Source of the DNA: Neodothiora populina
Lineage: Eukaryota
Direction of reading: 5' to 3'
Assembly (NCBI RefSeq): GCF_041146345.1
Contig: NW_027191408.1
Location: forward strand, 248,001 to 312,000
Length of the DNA: 64,000 nt
Part shown: positions 1-12,068 of the stretch, piece by piece
Layout: the number at the start of each line of letters is the position of its first letter
Numbering within the stretch: the first letter of the stretch is position 1
Notes under the pieces: generated by a model
What the model saw: the letters and a program-made list of their open reading frames with translations, nothing else
Databases searched by the model: none
What the model was told of the DNA's origin: nothing
Translations under genes and position numbers: made by a program

Positions 1-202
1 GATATCTGAGATCTTGCCGGTATATGCTTTGTAACCGGGCATTCTGTGATAGCACTCGAGGTAGCGAACCACCTTGAGTTAGATAAGTATGCATTCTTTC
101 TCTCTCGGGAGCCACTAGACATACAGAGTCATGGTGGTCATTGTTCATGTGGGTAATGATCCGCTCCTTTGCCGCGGCATCTTTGGCAGCCTGGCCACTC
201 AT
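1..202 (-). CDS. DUF2470-domain protein, 5' part (runs off the left edge of the window)
   Basis: ATG at 202; exon 202-125 encodes MSGQAAKDAAAKERIITHMNNDHHDS; intron 124-73 (GTATGT...CTAAC..AAG); exon 72-1 encodes VVRYLECYHRMPGYKAYTGKISDI. IIxHMNxDHxDS is the DUF2470 signature. Not in the ORF track. Confidence 0.8.
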   Translation of the reverse strand, partial: MSGQAAKDAAAKERIITHMNNDHHDSVCLVAPERERMHTYLTQGGSLPRVLSQNARLQSIYRQDLRY

Positions 203-1226
203 ATTTGCAATTCTTTCTCAATCTGCTTGTGGCAGAAGGTTCAGATGGCAGCAGTTTCGAGATCGAGCGTCAGTGGTACTGTCGCAGCTGGGGAGCGTTC
301 AATCACAGCAGACGCCACGGCAATCGGAAGTGGCATCACTTTCCGGTGCCAGCATATCGCCAAGCCCAATGCAAACGCCTGGAGTCCCGCGGTGCGCACT
401 CGCCTTACAGCGACTTGTGGCTTACAGTGATTTACCTATATCTCATCACTTCAACATCTATCTTGTCAAGAATCTGGTGAACTTTGGACGGAACATTCTG
501 CGAGTAATTTAGAATACAGTAGTTGCCAGACGTTAGACTGACTAAATTGGTCTACTAAGAACGTGTACAGCTATGGCGAACAGGACAATCAATGATCCGG
601 AGAAGCACATTCGCCGGGCAAAGCAGGGTTCAATCACCCACGATCTCCACACACGCCCATGCCTTGCACAGGACATACTCGATATTGCCTTATACATGGA
701 TGCAAGAACTTGCTCATTATCGACGATGGACTCGATCAGAAACAGGATCGGGCGCTGACGAATGGCCGTAATATCTCACAGCAGCCCAATCCAACACATA
801 TCCCCTCACCAAGCTCGCTTGTGGCTAGGTACATCCTTGTCATCCGTGCAGCTGTGGCTGCGTCACCGCCTCACCACTTCTCGACAATACTTTCCCGATT
901 TTGAGATGTTCAAATGATCTGCGCCTCGCTTTGCGCCCGATGATCGTGGGCCGGCGCATCCTGTTTCTGACCCCTCCCTACAATGTACTGCACAGTAGCG
1001 AACTATGTGGCTGGTGAGCTCATCATACGTCAAATGTCCCAATGCCATTGAACCTGAGAGCGGGCCTACGATGTTGAAACCTGCTCCAGGTTTTGGCATT
1101 GGGTGGTTTGCGCCAAACTTATTTCCTTCTCTCCCACCTTCATTCTTCCTTCTTCTTCAAACAGTTTGAACGTCTCCACCACCGTGCAAACCCAATCCCC
1201 TAAATCTCACACTTTGATCTCACACA

Positions 1227-2003
1227 ATGTCTGAAAAGAACACCAGCGAACAACAAGCATCTGCCGGCGCAGAGGGCAATGCCAATGTCGGTGGAGGGGT
1301 CGGTGGTCAAGCATCTTCGAAGCAGACGTCTGAGAAGAAGAAGCCAGCCAAGCTAGGCTCTAAGAAGCAGCAACAACAACAGCCTACTCCAGAGCCTTCG
1401 CAGGGCGAGGATGAAGCAGACGTCAATGGTGACGCCGAAGCTGAAGCAAACGTCGAGGCCGACGGCGAGGATAACGAAGACGAACCTGAAACCCAACCTC
1501 AGAAGTCGCGCCAGCAGTCTCGACGTCGCCAAAGTCGAGGCCGCGGTCGCAAGCAAGTTTCCGAAAGTGACACAGAATCCATCGCACGTAGCGATGTTTC
1601 CGCCGCCGGAGGTCGTCGCCAGCGTCAACGCCAGAAGAAACAGCAAGGAGGCGGCGGTCCCCTCGATGACATTACCGAGAACGTTCCCGGTGGTGAGCTC
1701 GTTGGAGGCCTAGGCGACCAGGTTCAGAACACTGCTGGCAATGCCGTCAACTCTGTTGGTGACACCGCTGGCAAGGCTCTAGGCGGCCTTACCGGTGGCG
1801 GCAACAAGAAGCAGGAGGGTGGTGAGGAGAAAGAGGACAAGGGCGAGCAGCTTCGTCTAAGATTGGAGTTGAATCTCGACATTGAGATTCAACTCAAGGC
1901 AAAGATCCACGGTGATCTGACGCTTGGTTTACTGTGAGTATTTACGATGAAACAAAAGCTTGTGATGATTACGCTTCGCTGACAGCTTTTGGGTAGTAAC
2001 TAA
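1227..2003 (+). CDS. Hydrophilic disordered (LEA-like) protein with C-terminal LRLELNLDIEIQLKAKIHGDLTLGLL motif
   Basis: ORF 1227-1937, Q/E/G/R-rich, coding-like codon usage. Probable terminal intron 1934-1996 (GTGAGT...GCTGAC...TAG) gives the ending ..LLN* with stop at 2001-2003. Confidence 0.8.
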
Positions 2004-3300
2004 AACAAGAGCATACTCTATTTGTCGAGTGTACACCTATCACGCTACACAGGGATGAGCAATAATGTCGAGACGATGTCTACATGGTTATGTGTGCAGA
2101 ACGGCGTTGGATATCCAGAAATATTTCCTTTTTATTACATGTACATTAGATCTATTGGCACAAAAATTCAGACCAGGGACCACTTTCTAATGAGTATTGA
2201 ACCTCGCATAATTATCGATTGTGTCATGTGGAGTAGCTTCGCAACAGTAATGCGATAAGCTCGATAAGCAGAAGAGGAATGCCGACAAGCCAACACCATG
2301 GCGCGAACGTCCGACATCCATACCATGCAGCGCAACAGTAACAATCTCACCGCACCTCAGGTGTACGAGAACACCCCTCGCTGACGTCGCATTCCATCTT
2401 AGCGAACCCAGCAACAAAATGTGGCCAGCGAAGAAGCAGAAAAAGGTTCAACAATAAGCAGGTATCCACAATAAACACACGAGGAAATCAGAGATGCGGA
2501 TTGAAAAATCCGATCCACACTGCGACGCCGATTGACGCCACGAGCATGAACATACGCCATGTTTGCGCCCCACTTTGTGAGCCACGAGAGAGCCACTCGG
2601 AACTCACGAGCCACCTCATCGACAGCGAAGAAACACAGGACAAAACCCTGCTTCGCGGTTACAGATGCACTTTTTGCTCGCGAGGTGGAGCTTCAGCCTC
2701 TAAACGAGGCGTCAGACGAGTTGCTCTGATGACGTGTGGCGCAGATCCTTGCTGCATGCTTTGAATCAACCAGAGTGGAGCTTTTTCCATTCTCTGCTCT
2801 CGCAGAAAGGCGCGACCTTTCGTAGGAGTGGGCGGCGGCCGTGAGTGGCTGGGTCCTACTCCTCATGTCAGGGAACTGCAACGAAACAGGTTTCCGAGTC
2901 GTGGCTTTTGGTAGGGAGGAGGAAAAGAGTGATTGGTCGTGGTGGGTGCATATTGCGACAGCAGGAATCATGGATTGGATGGTAGCCGAGCACTACGCTC
3001 TTTCTCGTGTGCGCGCGCGCATCATGGTCTTGTCTGCTCCCTAAGGTCCGGTAATTGCCAATCTATTGCCTTTACCTTTGGTCTACTACCTTCACCCTTT
3101 CGTCATCCCAATTGTACTACTGTGATTCCTGACAATCTCTACTTTTGACCCTACCTACTTACTCCTCAGCCACAACCTCTTCCTCCTGTGACTACTACTA
3201 CTGCTCTTACTATACACCACTCTACCGTCGACCTTGCCTCATACATTGTATAAGACGACTATCCGCCGCTATAGGTAATCGTGCCTTTCGAAGATCCAAC

Positions 3301-3966
3301 ATGTCCGAGAGCGATCCGGAGTTCGTCAAGAAGCAGCAGGAGTTTCAGCCACAATGGGCAAAGGACAACCCAAGGTTCCCAGGCACAGAGGTAGAGCAGA
3401 GCCAACAGCAGAGGACGGTGACACAACAGAAGAAGCACGAAGCTCTGTTCAAGCAAGAACAGCGTGAAGCAGGTATGAAACATTATGGGAAACTAGAGAA
3501 AGCCATACAATCGCCCCAACATCCATCGGTCTGTGTTCAAGGTTACTGACAAGGTTCGGTGCCTCCAGGTCTTCAATCGAATCATTCACGATCCCAATCC
3601 CGACGAGCCAGACGAAAGCGTATACAAGAAGCCCAACGAGACGGCAAATTCATGCACACGAACTCCCTCGAGGCGCTCGAAGAAGCCGACGCAAACGGCC
3701 AGCTGCACGAGATGCAGCCCTTCGAGCGTATCGGACCAGACTCGACATCCATGGACGGACCAGTGACCGCGGCCCGCGCAGAGCGTGGCGAGATCCCAAT
3801 GCGTGGATCCAATCCCAATCAGCCCTACTACAAAACGCCGCCACCGAAGCAAGCGTCAAAACTCGACGATACCGATGGTCTCAAGCTGTCCCTTGAGGCT
3901 AATCTCGATATCGAGATCGAGCTCAAGGCTAGTATTCGTGGTGATTTGACGTTGAGTTTATTGTAA
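3301..3966 (+). CDS. Second protein of the same C-terminal motif family (LKLSLEANLDIEIELKASIRGDLTLSLL)
   Basis: Exon 3301-3472 (MSESDPEFVKK...EQREA), intron 3473-3568 (GTATGA...CTGAC...CAG), exon from 3569. GTAAGT donor at 3963 overlaps the TAA; a possible last exon at 4103-4142 is uncertain. Confidence 0.75.
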
Positions 3967-4380
3967 GTCCCAAGTAACCCCTCCGCCTTTGCCTGACTTG
4001 CGCGCTGCTTTGATCTTTTTTCCATCGTCTCGTGTCCTGGCTACTCTCCACGTTTTCCCTGATTCTTCCCGCATTCTACTATCTACGCCGTCCCGATGCC
4101 AGGACATGTGACGACAAGCGAGCATCGGCATACAATTTTTAGTACCCAGGAGTAACAATCTCTTTCAGTGCATGATCGGCTGACGGCGCGGTCCCACCAA
4201 CTTTGGCAGTGAATGAGAATCTGATGGAACATGAAGAAAAAATATATGCAGCGGGTTTTCCTTTCTTTTTCCTATGCTATATTTCCGCGGAACCTTTTTC
4301 CTTGTATGACTAGAGGAAGACATAATGAAAGGAGAATTTGGCGTCTTTCTTTACATTCAACCTTTATACTTTTCCCTCTC

Positions 4381-5031
4381 TCACTCCGTCGCAAATATTA
4401 CTGAAATCTCCACATATTGATCGTTGGGCAAACAGAGAGTAAAAACCCGTACACTGCCCGATGCTGGTATCGCCACCTTGGGTGAGTCCTTCTGAGAGAC
4501 ATGGATGTGACAACGTTCGATGTGCTGGTTGAGCGCGGATGTGCAAGATCGGGCGGGCGTATTGTCCAAAAACCGAGAAATCCAACTATGCGGACAAAGG
4601 GTCGAGTCCATGTAGGACCGCCTTGGGCGCTGTTGGCGATGTCACTCGCGTGGGACACTCGTCTCACTGTATTGTCGCAACCTGAAGGCAAGTCTGGCCT
4701 CCCGACCGACATTTCCTTTGTATGCCAACTCAAGCACCGCTGGACGTGACTCAATCGAGAAGGCGAAGTCGATCATTCAGCGCAGCCAGACGGTGTCTTC
4801 ATCCTTGTACGATATTACTCGCATCCAAATCGTCGTCCGCAGTTTTTGAAAGGGCCATGCATCTTGATCGCGTTGATGAATCATGAAAGTATGACGACCT
4901 TCATTCAAGTTTTGCTCAAGTGTGCTCTGAAATGCTTTTGTAATGACCAGGCACGTATATCTGTGACTATGCGGTTCTTCCGCCTCCACGAGATAGACGA
5001 AATGCGTAGTGGGTTCTTGCCGCCTTGCCAA
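4381..5031 (-). pseudogene. Possible decayed gene of unknown family
   Basis: ORFs 4777-5031 and 4381-4611 share one frame, interrupted only by TGA at 4779-4777 and 4644-4642; no recognisable domain. Confidence 0.2.
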
Positions 5032-5108
5032 AAAAATTCTGGGCAGGGTAGGTAGCCCGAGAGACGTGATTCTCCTTTACCTAGGTAGAATCGGACTGTG
5101 CAAGTCGT

Positions 5109-5472
5109 CTATGCAGCGACAGGTACACTCTGTGCACCAGCGCCCCCCTCAGACTTAGGCAGATCATCAACCTCGAAGATGACTCTGATCATGAGAGAGC
5201 AGCTGGGACACACGGCAATGTCCTCGCCGTCTCGTAGGTCATCAATGTTGATTTCGAAGCGATCGCCGCAGGGGCAGGGGTATGTGTATAGCTGGAGCGT
5301 GGGGTCGTAGGTCATATCCTGTGTTTGCAATGAGTATCTTGTTCGTGCAGCTTTTTCTTTCCTTCTGCCATGTTCTTTGGGTGCCGACGCGCTAGGAGTG
5401 GTGGCGAATTTGTGGTGAACGGATATCGCGACATACCTCGATCTCGATTTCATCATAGATATTGTCGGCCAT
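5109..5472 (-). CDS. DPH3: Diphthamide biosynthesis protein 3 (CSL zinc finger, Kti11)
   Basis: Exon 5472-5437 MADNIYDEIEIE, intron 5436-5319, exon 5318-5109 DMTYD...YPCPCGDRF...CPSCSLMIRVIF. Confidence 0.95.
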
Positions 5473-6126
5473 TTTCGCAAGTGTTACTACGACGTAATCA
5501 ACGGGAATGTATCCTGCGTGAGTGGTGGATGGAATATAGTACAAATGTTTGAGGCGCAAGAAAATGAAATAGAGGAGGATTGCGGAGGTGAGCCATCTCC
5601 TCCGCCCCCACACTTTGCCAAAACTCTTGGCGTGCAACCAGTCGTGACAGAGGGCAAGGCAGCTATCATGGTTTCACCTTGAGCGAATGATCCTAAAACG
5701 CATTCTTCCACAGACAAGTTTCAGCTTTGAGAACAAGCAAGATGGGATCATGCTCTTAACGGACAGTCTCATTATATCTGCTAAGGACTGTGTACTCTGC
5801 GAGTTTTGGGTGCTTCAGAACGGGAGGATATATGCGACAACAACTACATATATGATGCTCAGGGCATACATGTCGAAATTGTTGTAGAACACAGATCCGA
5901 AGCTTTGTCATGCCCGAAAGGGCAGTAAAGGTTCCAGGCGTGTGGATGAGACACTGGCCCCAACAATGAGGCTCTCTCGTATCAGAAGGACTGGTAATGA
6001 GATGTCCTTCACATCTTTTGCCTGCACTGGTTCTATCCAATGTAGATGTGATGAGTACGTGTTGGTGATGCATTCTCAGATGAGACAACACAACTCCCGA
6101 GATGCATGTCAATTCCCATCTTCGTT

Positions 6127-6876
6127 TCATGCAGATTTGGTATTCGTGAGATGCTCCTTCAATATACCAAAAGCCCAAGCGACGCAGACAGACATGTTAC
6201 CTTGTGCCTCTCTCGGCATGGCTTGTATATCCAATTGCTGGCAAACTTCGTCCTTGAGGTTTCCCTCTACGTCGCCATTCTCGAAAAGAAATGCATGTTC
6301 CTTTGCGTAATCTGGCCAGACTACGCTGTCGACGTAACCCGGAGGGTCCGCCCAGAAGCCTTCCAGTGTAACATAGCCAGATCTGGCCTCACGACGTGAT
6401 TTTGCGGTCTTGTAGTCTGTCCGAAGGAAAAGCTTGACATCGAACAGGTCCCGGATTGACTTCATGTCTTCCGAATAGAGTAGAAAGCCATCAATGATCG
6501 CTATGGGCAGATCTTGACAAGTAGAGAACAATTCCTTGGCCTGCTGGCTCAATTCTGCCATGAGCTCTCTACTAACGCCAGAGTCGCCCACGGAATTTTG
6601 ATCTTCCTTGGAGTCAAGCCAGTGGGGTAGCCTGCCGTGTGACTTTATGTAATCTAATGCCTTTTCAAGGTCTGGGAGATTGATAGACTCCAGACAGTCC
6701 CAGTCTTGTACTCCATCTTTGTTCACCGGTATTTCCGTATCGGTTTTGTAGAAGTCATCCTCGTGTAAGATGAATGTGTTAGGTAGTATATCCCGCAATA
6801 AACGCGCCAGAGTAGTTTTGCCTGAAGAAGACACACCACTAATACCTATAAGCACAGCTTTGTTTCTTGTTGACAT
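6127..6876 (-). CDS. NRK1: Nicotinamide riboside kinase (P-loop nucleoside kinase)
   Basis: IGISGVSSSGKTT P-loop, HEDDFYK, DGFLLY, RREARSGYVTLEGFWADPPGYVDSVVWP motifs; intronless. Confidence 0.88.
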   Translation of the reverse strand: MSTRNKAVLIGISGVSSSGKTTLARLLRDILPNTFILHEDDFYKTDTEIPVNKDGVQDWDCLESINLPDLEKALDYIKSHGRLPHWLDSKEDQNSVGDSGVSRELMAELSQQAKELFSTCQDLPIAIIDGFLLYSEDMKSIRDLFDVKLFLRTDYKTAKSRREARSGYVTLEGFWADPPGYVDSVVWPDYAKEHAFLFENGDVEGNLKDEVCQQLDIQAMPREAQGNMSVCVAWAFGILKEHLTNTKSA

Positions 6877-7114
6877 GATGTGTATGGTGTTGAGGACCAC
6901 GATTTGTCAAATCTCACAGGACTTGGTGCAACGTGGAGATCCCGGCCTGGCTGACGCGGAGTGCCAGGACCAATCACAAAGCCCCCTCGAAATTCAAAAT
7001 AACATCTCATTTAACAAGAATAATAATTCCTTTCCATTGTCCAGTATATGTCACGGAAAAACTGCAGACGCTCTGGATGACTCACTAGGGATATGAGTGT
7101 CGAGCTTTGCACCA

Positions 7115-9298
7115 ATGGAGCAATCACCCTTGACGCAACAAACCCGGCCTGATGCTTTCGAGCCGAAAGTGATCCAACTTTATCGAGCACTTCTCCAGGT
7201 TCGTGTCTTGTTGCTACTCCACAGCGCGCATATACTAATTCTTAGGTAGGACGGTGAAGATGATGAAAAGTCGGAGGGCTTTTGGAGAGAATTGTTCCTC
7301 CACAAGCCGGACACGGCTCGTTTTGCCCAAATGCTAGATGATGTTCCTCCAAATCAACTGATACACATTCAAGTAAACATTCTCCATATTTCATCTCATC
7401 GATATTCATTCTGACATAAGACCAGCATCATGCCCAGCAATTGCTTGTAAAGGCGGTGGCTACCGCTAAAACAGGCAATGGGCCTGCAGATGAGAACGCT
7501 CTCGATGTATGTTCTCGTCCCCATCGCCTCAAAAGACCTGAAGCTCACTAGCTAGACTGTAACCGTCTTTCTAAACAAAGTATTGTCCAAGCGGTATACA
7601 AACCCAAGTTCCGATATAATAGAAGTTCTTGCAGGGCTCGACGATGTAGATGTCGTGTTCACCGAGGTGGTAGGTACGCTGGACGTAACGATCCGGACAG
7701 GCAGAAGCAGTAAGTCTTCGTCTCACAGTTGCATCATCGCCTCCTTACAAATATCGTGTAGTTCAAGTGCGACTTAAGGCAGTCCGAGCAGCATTATGCA
7801 TAGCCTCCGGAGCTTTCCAGACAGGCCTGCTTACATACTTCACTCAGCGGGATCTCTTCCCATCTCTGATGAAGGCAAGTGTTCGTCTCCTATATTTGAG
7901 TAGTAGATTCTAACAGTGCTCAAAGCTCATACATGATCTTGAGGATCCAGCAGATGCGATACAGCCTTTCCTGCTCGCTGGCCTACTTGCGAACTACAAC
8001 AAATTCGAAGTGCGAAACCCGTATCATGTTCGGTTTGCCGACTTTGTCAATGATGACACCATCAGGAAGATTGTACGTTGTCTTGGAGTCACTCTTATAG
8101 CCATGCGCGACCGGTATGTTGCGATACAGGAGGATGTAGCTGAAAGTTGGAGTCTGGGAGGCACGTTGAGCTACATTGGACTCGGTTCGCTCGCAGGCGC
8201 AAAGCCAGCCGCACCGGTCCTGACCGAAGAGGAAATGAAGACTTTTTTCGCGGAACAGTAAGCATGACCACCTAGCTTGCACCAAACACTCGACTGACGA
8301 TCTCCAGGCCGGATGCGGATGCAGCATCTCTCTTGGCCATGTACGATTTTGTACTAGCGAATAAGATCTTCTGCCTCGAGCTAGTGCAGACAAAGTCCGA
8401 GAACAAACAAGACATCTCGACTATAGGCTCATTCTTGTCGTTCTGCTCTTATCTTTATCAGCATGCCCATCGATCCACCCGAGCAGGTTCGTACGCACAT
8501 CTGACTCTCTTCATCATCGAGATACTTGTCGAAGATCCCGGCGTCGTCAAGAGACTATGCGAAAACACGACTCCGGTCCGGCTCAGCCGGCAACGTCAAC
8601 CTTACCTTCCGATAGTCAAGGGCGACCGGACTCTGGCAGCCAACATTATCGACATCATGATGGACAGCATCAACCACAACCTCCGCAAGCGACTCGACAT
8701 CGATCTATACGTCCTCAACCTCGGCATTCTCCTGCGTCTGATGACATTCCTCAGCAAAGCACGCATAAGACTTTCGTACCATTGGCCAGAACTATGGCGG
8801 TCCATGCTCTCCTTCATGCGCTTCCTCACAGCCTACGCTACAGACCTAAAATCTCTCCTTCACATCGAGACACTAATAGCAAACCTCACACGAGTCACCA
8901 CTCTAGCCTTGACACAGGGCGAGTCCTTCCTGCCGGACATGACCAGCTACGACGACCTGGTGTACAAGCTCGTCGAGACGGGCGACTCCTTCGTCAAGTT
9001 TCGCGACGCCTACTCGCTAACGAATAACAGCGAGGCCGCCGCATCAATGAAGACTTTGATCGGTGTCAGCAAGCACTATGCCGACTTAATCGAGGGACAG
9101 AAGGGCATGATCAAGAACCTGAGCCCCAGAGAGGTGGGCAAGATCATCAAGCAAGGATATGAGACGCTCAGCATCGAGAGCAGAGAGGGCTTGGATCATT
9201 GGGAGCGTTTCCGCGAGGCGGACCACAAGGTCATGCTCAAGAAGCTGGCTAGAGTCGCCGTGGCGGACGCTAGAAATCTTTCGCTGGACCGAGAATAA
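7115..9298 (+). CDS. Armadillo-like helical protein (ARMH3/C10orf76-like, DUF1741)
   Basis: Seven exons splice in frame: 7115-7198, 7250-7372, 7426-7506, 7556-7709, 7762-7874, 7926-8257, 8308-9298. Motifs GLLANYNKFEVRNPY, INHNLRKRLD, YHWPELW, YDDLVYKLVE. Confidence 0.85.
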
Positions 9299-9734
9299 GA
9301 CCTGGTATACCTTTTGTCGTTCTCTGACTTGGGTCTTGATCCGTTAATTTCGTTGTGCGTGAGGGTAGTCTTTTCGTTGCGAATTTATTCAATTATTGGA
9401 GCTTGAGCTATATACATTATATACCATTGCATCGATACTACTCCCCCTCCTTCTCTTTCTCTGCCCTTTGTTGTTTTATGTTCAATCCCGCAACCAAGAA
9501 TAAGTATTAGTATATGTAAAAGGTTAAGATAAGACCCGTGGACGACTAGCGCCGTGAAGGCCAGCAGAAAACTGTTTCCAGCGGCCCAGCCACCAAAACA
9601 AGTGACGAATCGAGATCACCTCCAAACAACATATGTACAAGAACAAAAAGAAGGACAAGATATGCATGAAAGCCTCTCCGCCTGTGAGACAGCCTTCCCC
9701 GGACTGCACGCTACCTCCACGACTTCGAAAAGGA

Positions 9735-12068
9735 TCAAGACCCAGCATCGATCTGATCAACGACGTTGTTGGCGGTATAGTAGTCCCAATCAACGCAAGT
9801 CTGAGGCATGACATCAGGGATAGGCAGGATATCGTCGAGGCGAGACATGATGTTGATGGCCAGACCACCGCTCAAGTGCCAGGCGACGTGCTATACAGAG
9901 AGTCAGTTGAGACTACATAAAGGCATGATGAAATATGAGAAAAGCGAGGGAAGGAGAGGAAGAGTGGAACTTACGCAATGGAAAGGCCAGACTCCAGGGT
10001 TATCCGCCTCCATCTGAAAGACAGCGTAGCCCAGCGCAGGCACGACCTGCGTATCTCTGCGCATAGGGTTGTCCGCGTTCCTGACGGATCCGTTCCAGAC
10101 TCCTGTGCCGACATCCAGGACATAGAAATTGTGGCCGTGCATGTGGAAGGGATGGACGAATGGGGTGTTGTTTGTCAGGTTGAAGATGACAGAGGTGTTC
10201 TTGTCGAAGTTGTAAACGTTCCATTGGGGGTCGTTGGGGTAGGATACGTTGCCTTTGGCCGCGGAGAAGAGAATGGGGCTGTTGAAGTTTGCGCGGAAGG
10301 TTTGGTTGTTCAGGCGCCACTCGAAAGAGCCAGTCGCGTTGAGGTCGAGAGTTATGGCTAGGTCTTGTTGGAAGCTGGGTTTGCTGGGAGATACGGCGTA
10401 CTCTGGCGTGGTCCATGTGTCGGTTACATTGCAGACAGTCGTATTGAGGTAGTATGCTGGTGACGTTGTGGGCAGTTCGGAAGTGTCGGCGTCCTCGTTG
10501 TAGATCGCAGCAAGAGCGAGAGGGTTGTCTGATCCACCGCAAGTAACTCCACCCACATCCTCGGCACGCATCCAATAAGAGGCAGTCTTGTCGCTGGGTG
10601 CAGTGACCAGTACATCTGTTCTTTGTGCTACAGCAAGCGTGACAATATCAGTGTCATATGGGACCACAGGAACATAGTCCACTGCGATCACCGTCATTTT
10701 CGAGATACCATCGATGCGGAACTTCTGTACGCCGTCCGCTCCGTAATTGATAAGACGTAAGCGATGAGTCTTGCCGGCTTTGAATTTGAACTGAGACAAC
10801 GAAGCATTGGCCTGGCATTCGTATGTACCAAGCGTCGAGTTCACATGGCTTCCGAGGTAGTAGGTACCGTTATCATACGACTTACTCGAACAATTGAAAT
10901 TGTTGCGACCTTGGATGAGATTGTTGTCGCTGGTTGGAGGGATTACAGCCAGATCCGTACCGACCGCATCAGCGACAATGGAGAAGTATGGGATGTGGTA
11001 CCAATCCGAGAGCATGACAGGGCCAACATCACAGTCGTAGTCTTCTTGCGATGGTCCATATACCACCATCGGGCCGACGATTCCAGCTGTATATTGAGCC
11101 GAGTAGTGTGCGTGATACCATGAAGTACCATACAGCTCAGCTTGGAAGACGTAGGTGAAGGAATGCCCTGGGGCAATAGGGCACTGACCAATAGCAGGAA
11201 CTCCATCATACCATGGCGTCTTTTTCTGCAGCATGCCATGCCAGTGTAGGGAAGTACCCTCAGCAGGGTTGAAGATCTCGTTGTGGACAGTAATGTTTAG
11301 AGTGTCTCCCCAATTGGCCTCTATCGCTGGCGCAGGGAACTGTCCATTGATCAAAATGACGTCCCGAAGCACTCCGTCTGGCGCGATAGTACCACGCGAG
11401 ATTGTGAACTCGTAATAGCGTGTGACCCCAGTATTCTGGATGTCTTCGCTCAAGATAGCGTCATGGCTCTTTGTGGTGCGATTGCCCCAGGGGGCAACGT
11501 CGTATGAGCTTCCATCAGGCTTCGGAAGCCACTTGGGATAACACCCATTGTCCAGTGTTCCCCACGTAGAGTTGCCGACTTGAGTGGTGACAGCAGGTGC
11601 TGCAGTAGTTGTACTGACAATGAATAGTGTCGATTTTGCGGAAGAGGAATTTGATGTTGATACAGACGCCCACACTGTTGGAGAGCTGACGAGCGCGGTG
11701 GCAGAGCTCGGAGTAGCCGTGGCAGAGCTTACGTTGGCTGAAGTAGACGGGCCTGGAGCCTGGATTTGACCATCGGAAATTTGGCTCACAATTTTATTGG
11801 CGGATGATGTGGGCATGATCTGACCGGTGCTTGCCTCGGGCTCAGAACATGTAGTAGTGAATGAGGTAGTGAAACCGGTCTTCCATGCACTACTCTCTGC
11901 AACAGATCCTGATCCTGACCACGACACAGCCTGCGATGCGTTGGCATATGGCGGAGTAGGTAGATTTGAGGTTGGTCTTACTGATGTAGTATCCACCCAT
12001 GCAAGCGATTCAGCTGTCACCAATGATGCCCCACTGACAGCGGAAAGGGCAAGCCATGAAGAACGCAT
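9735..12068 (-). CDS. Secreted laccase-type multicopper oxidase with Ser/Thr-rich N-terminal stalk
   Basis: Signal peptide MRSSWLALSAVSG; copper motifs HWHG, WYHAHYSAQY, HPFHMHGH and, across intron 9974-9891, WPFHC|HVAWHLSGGL (Leu at the T1 axial position); stop at 9737-9735. Confidence 0.93.
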
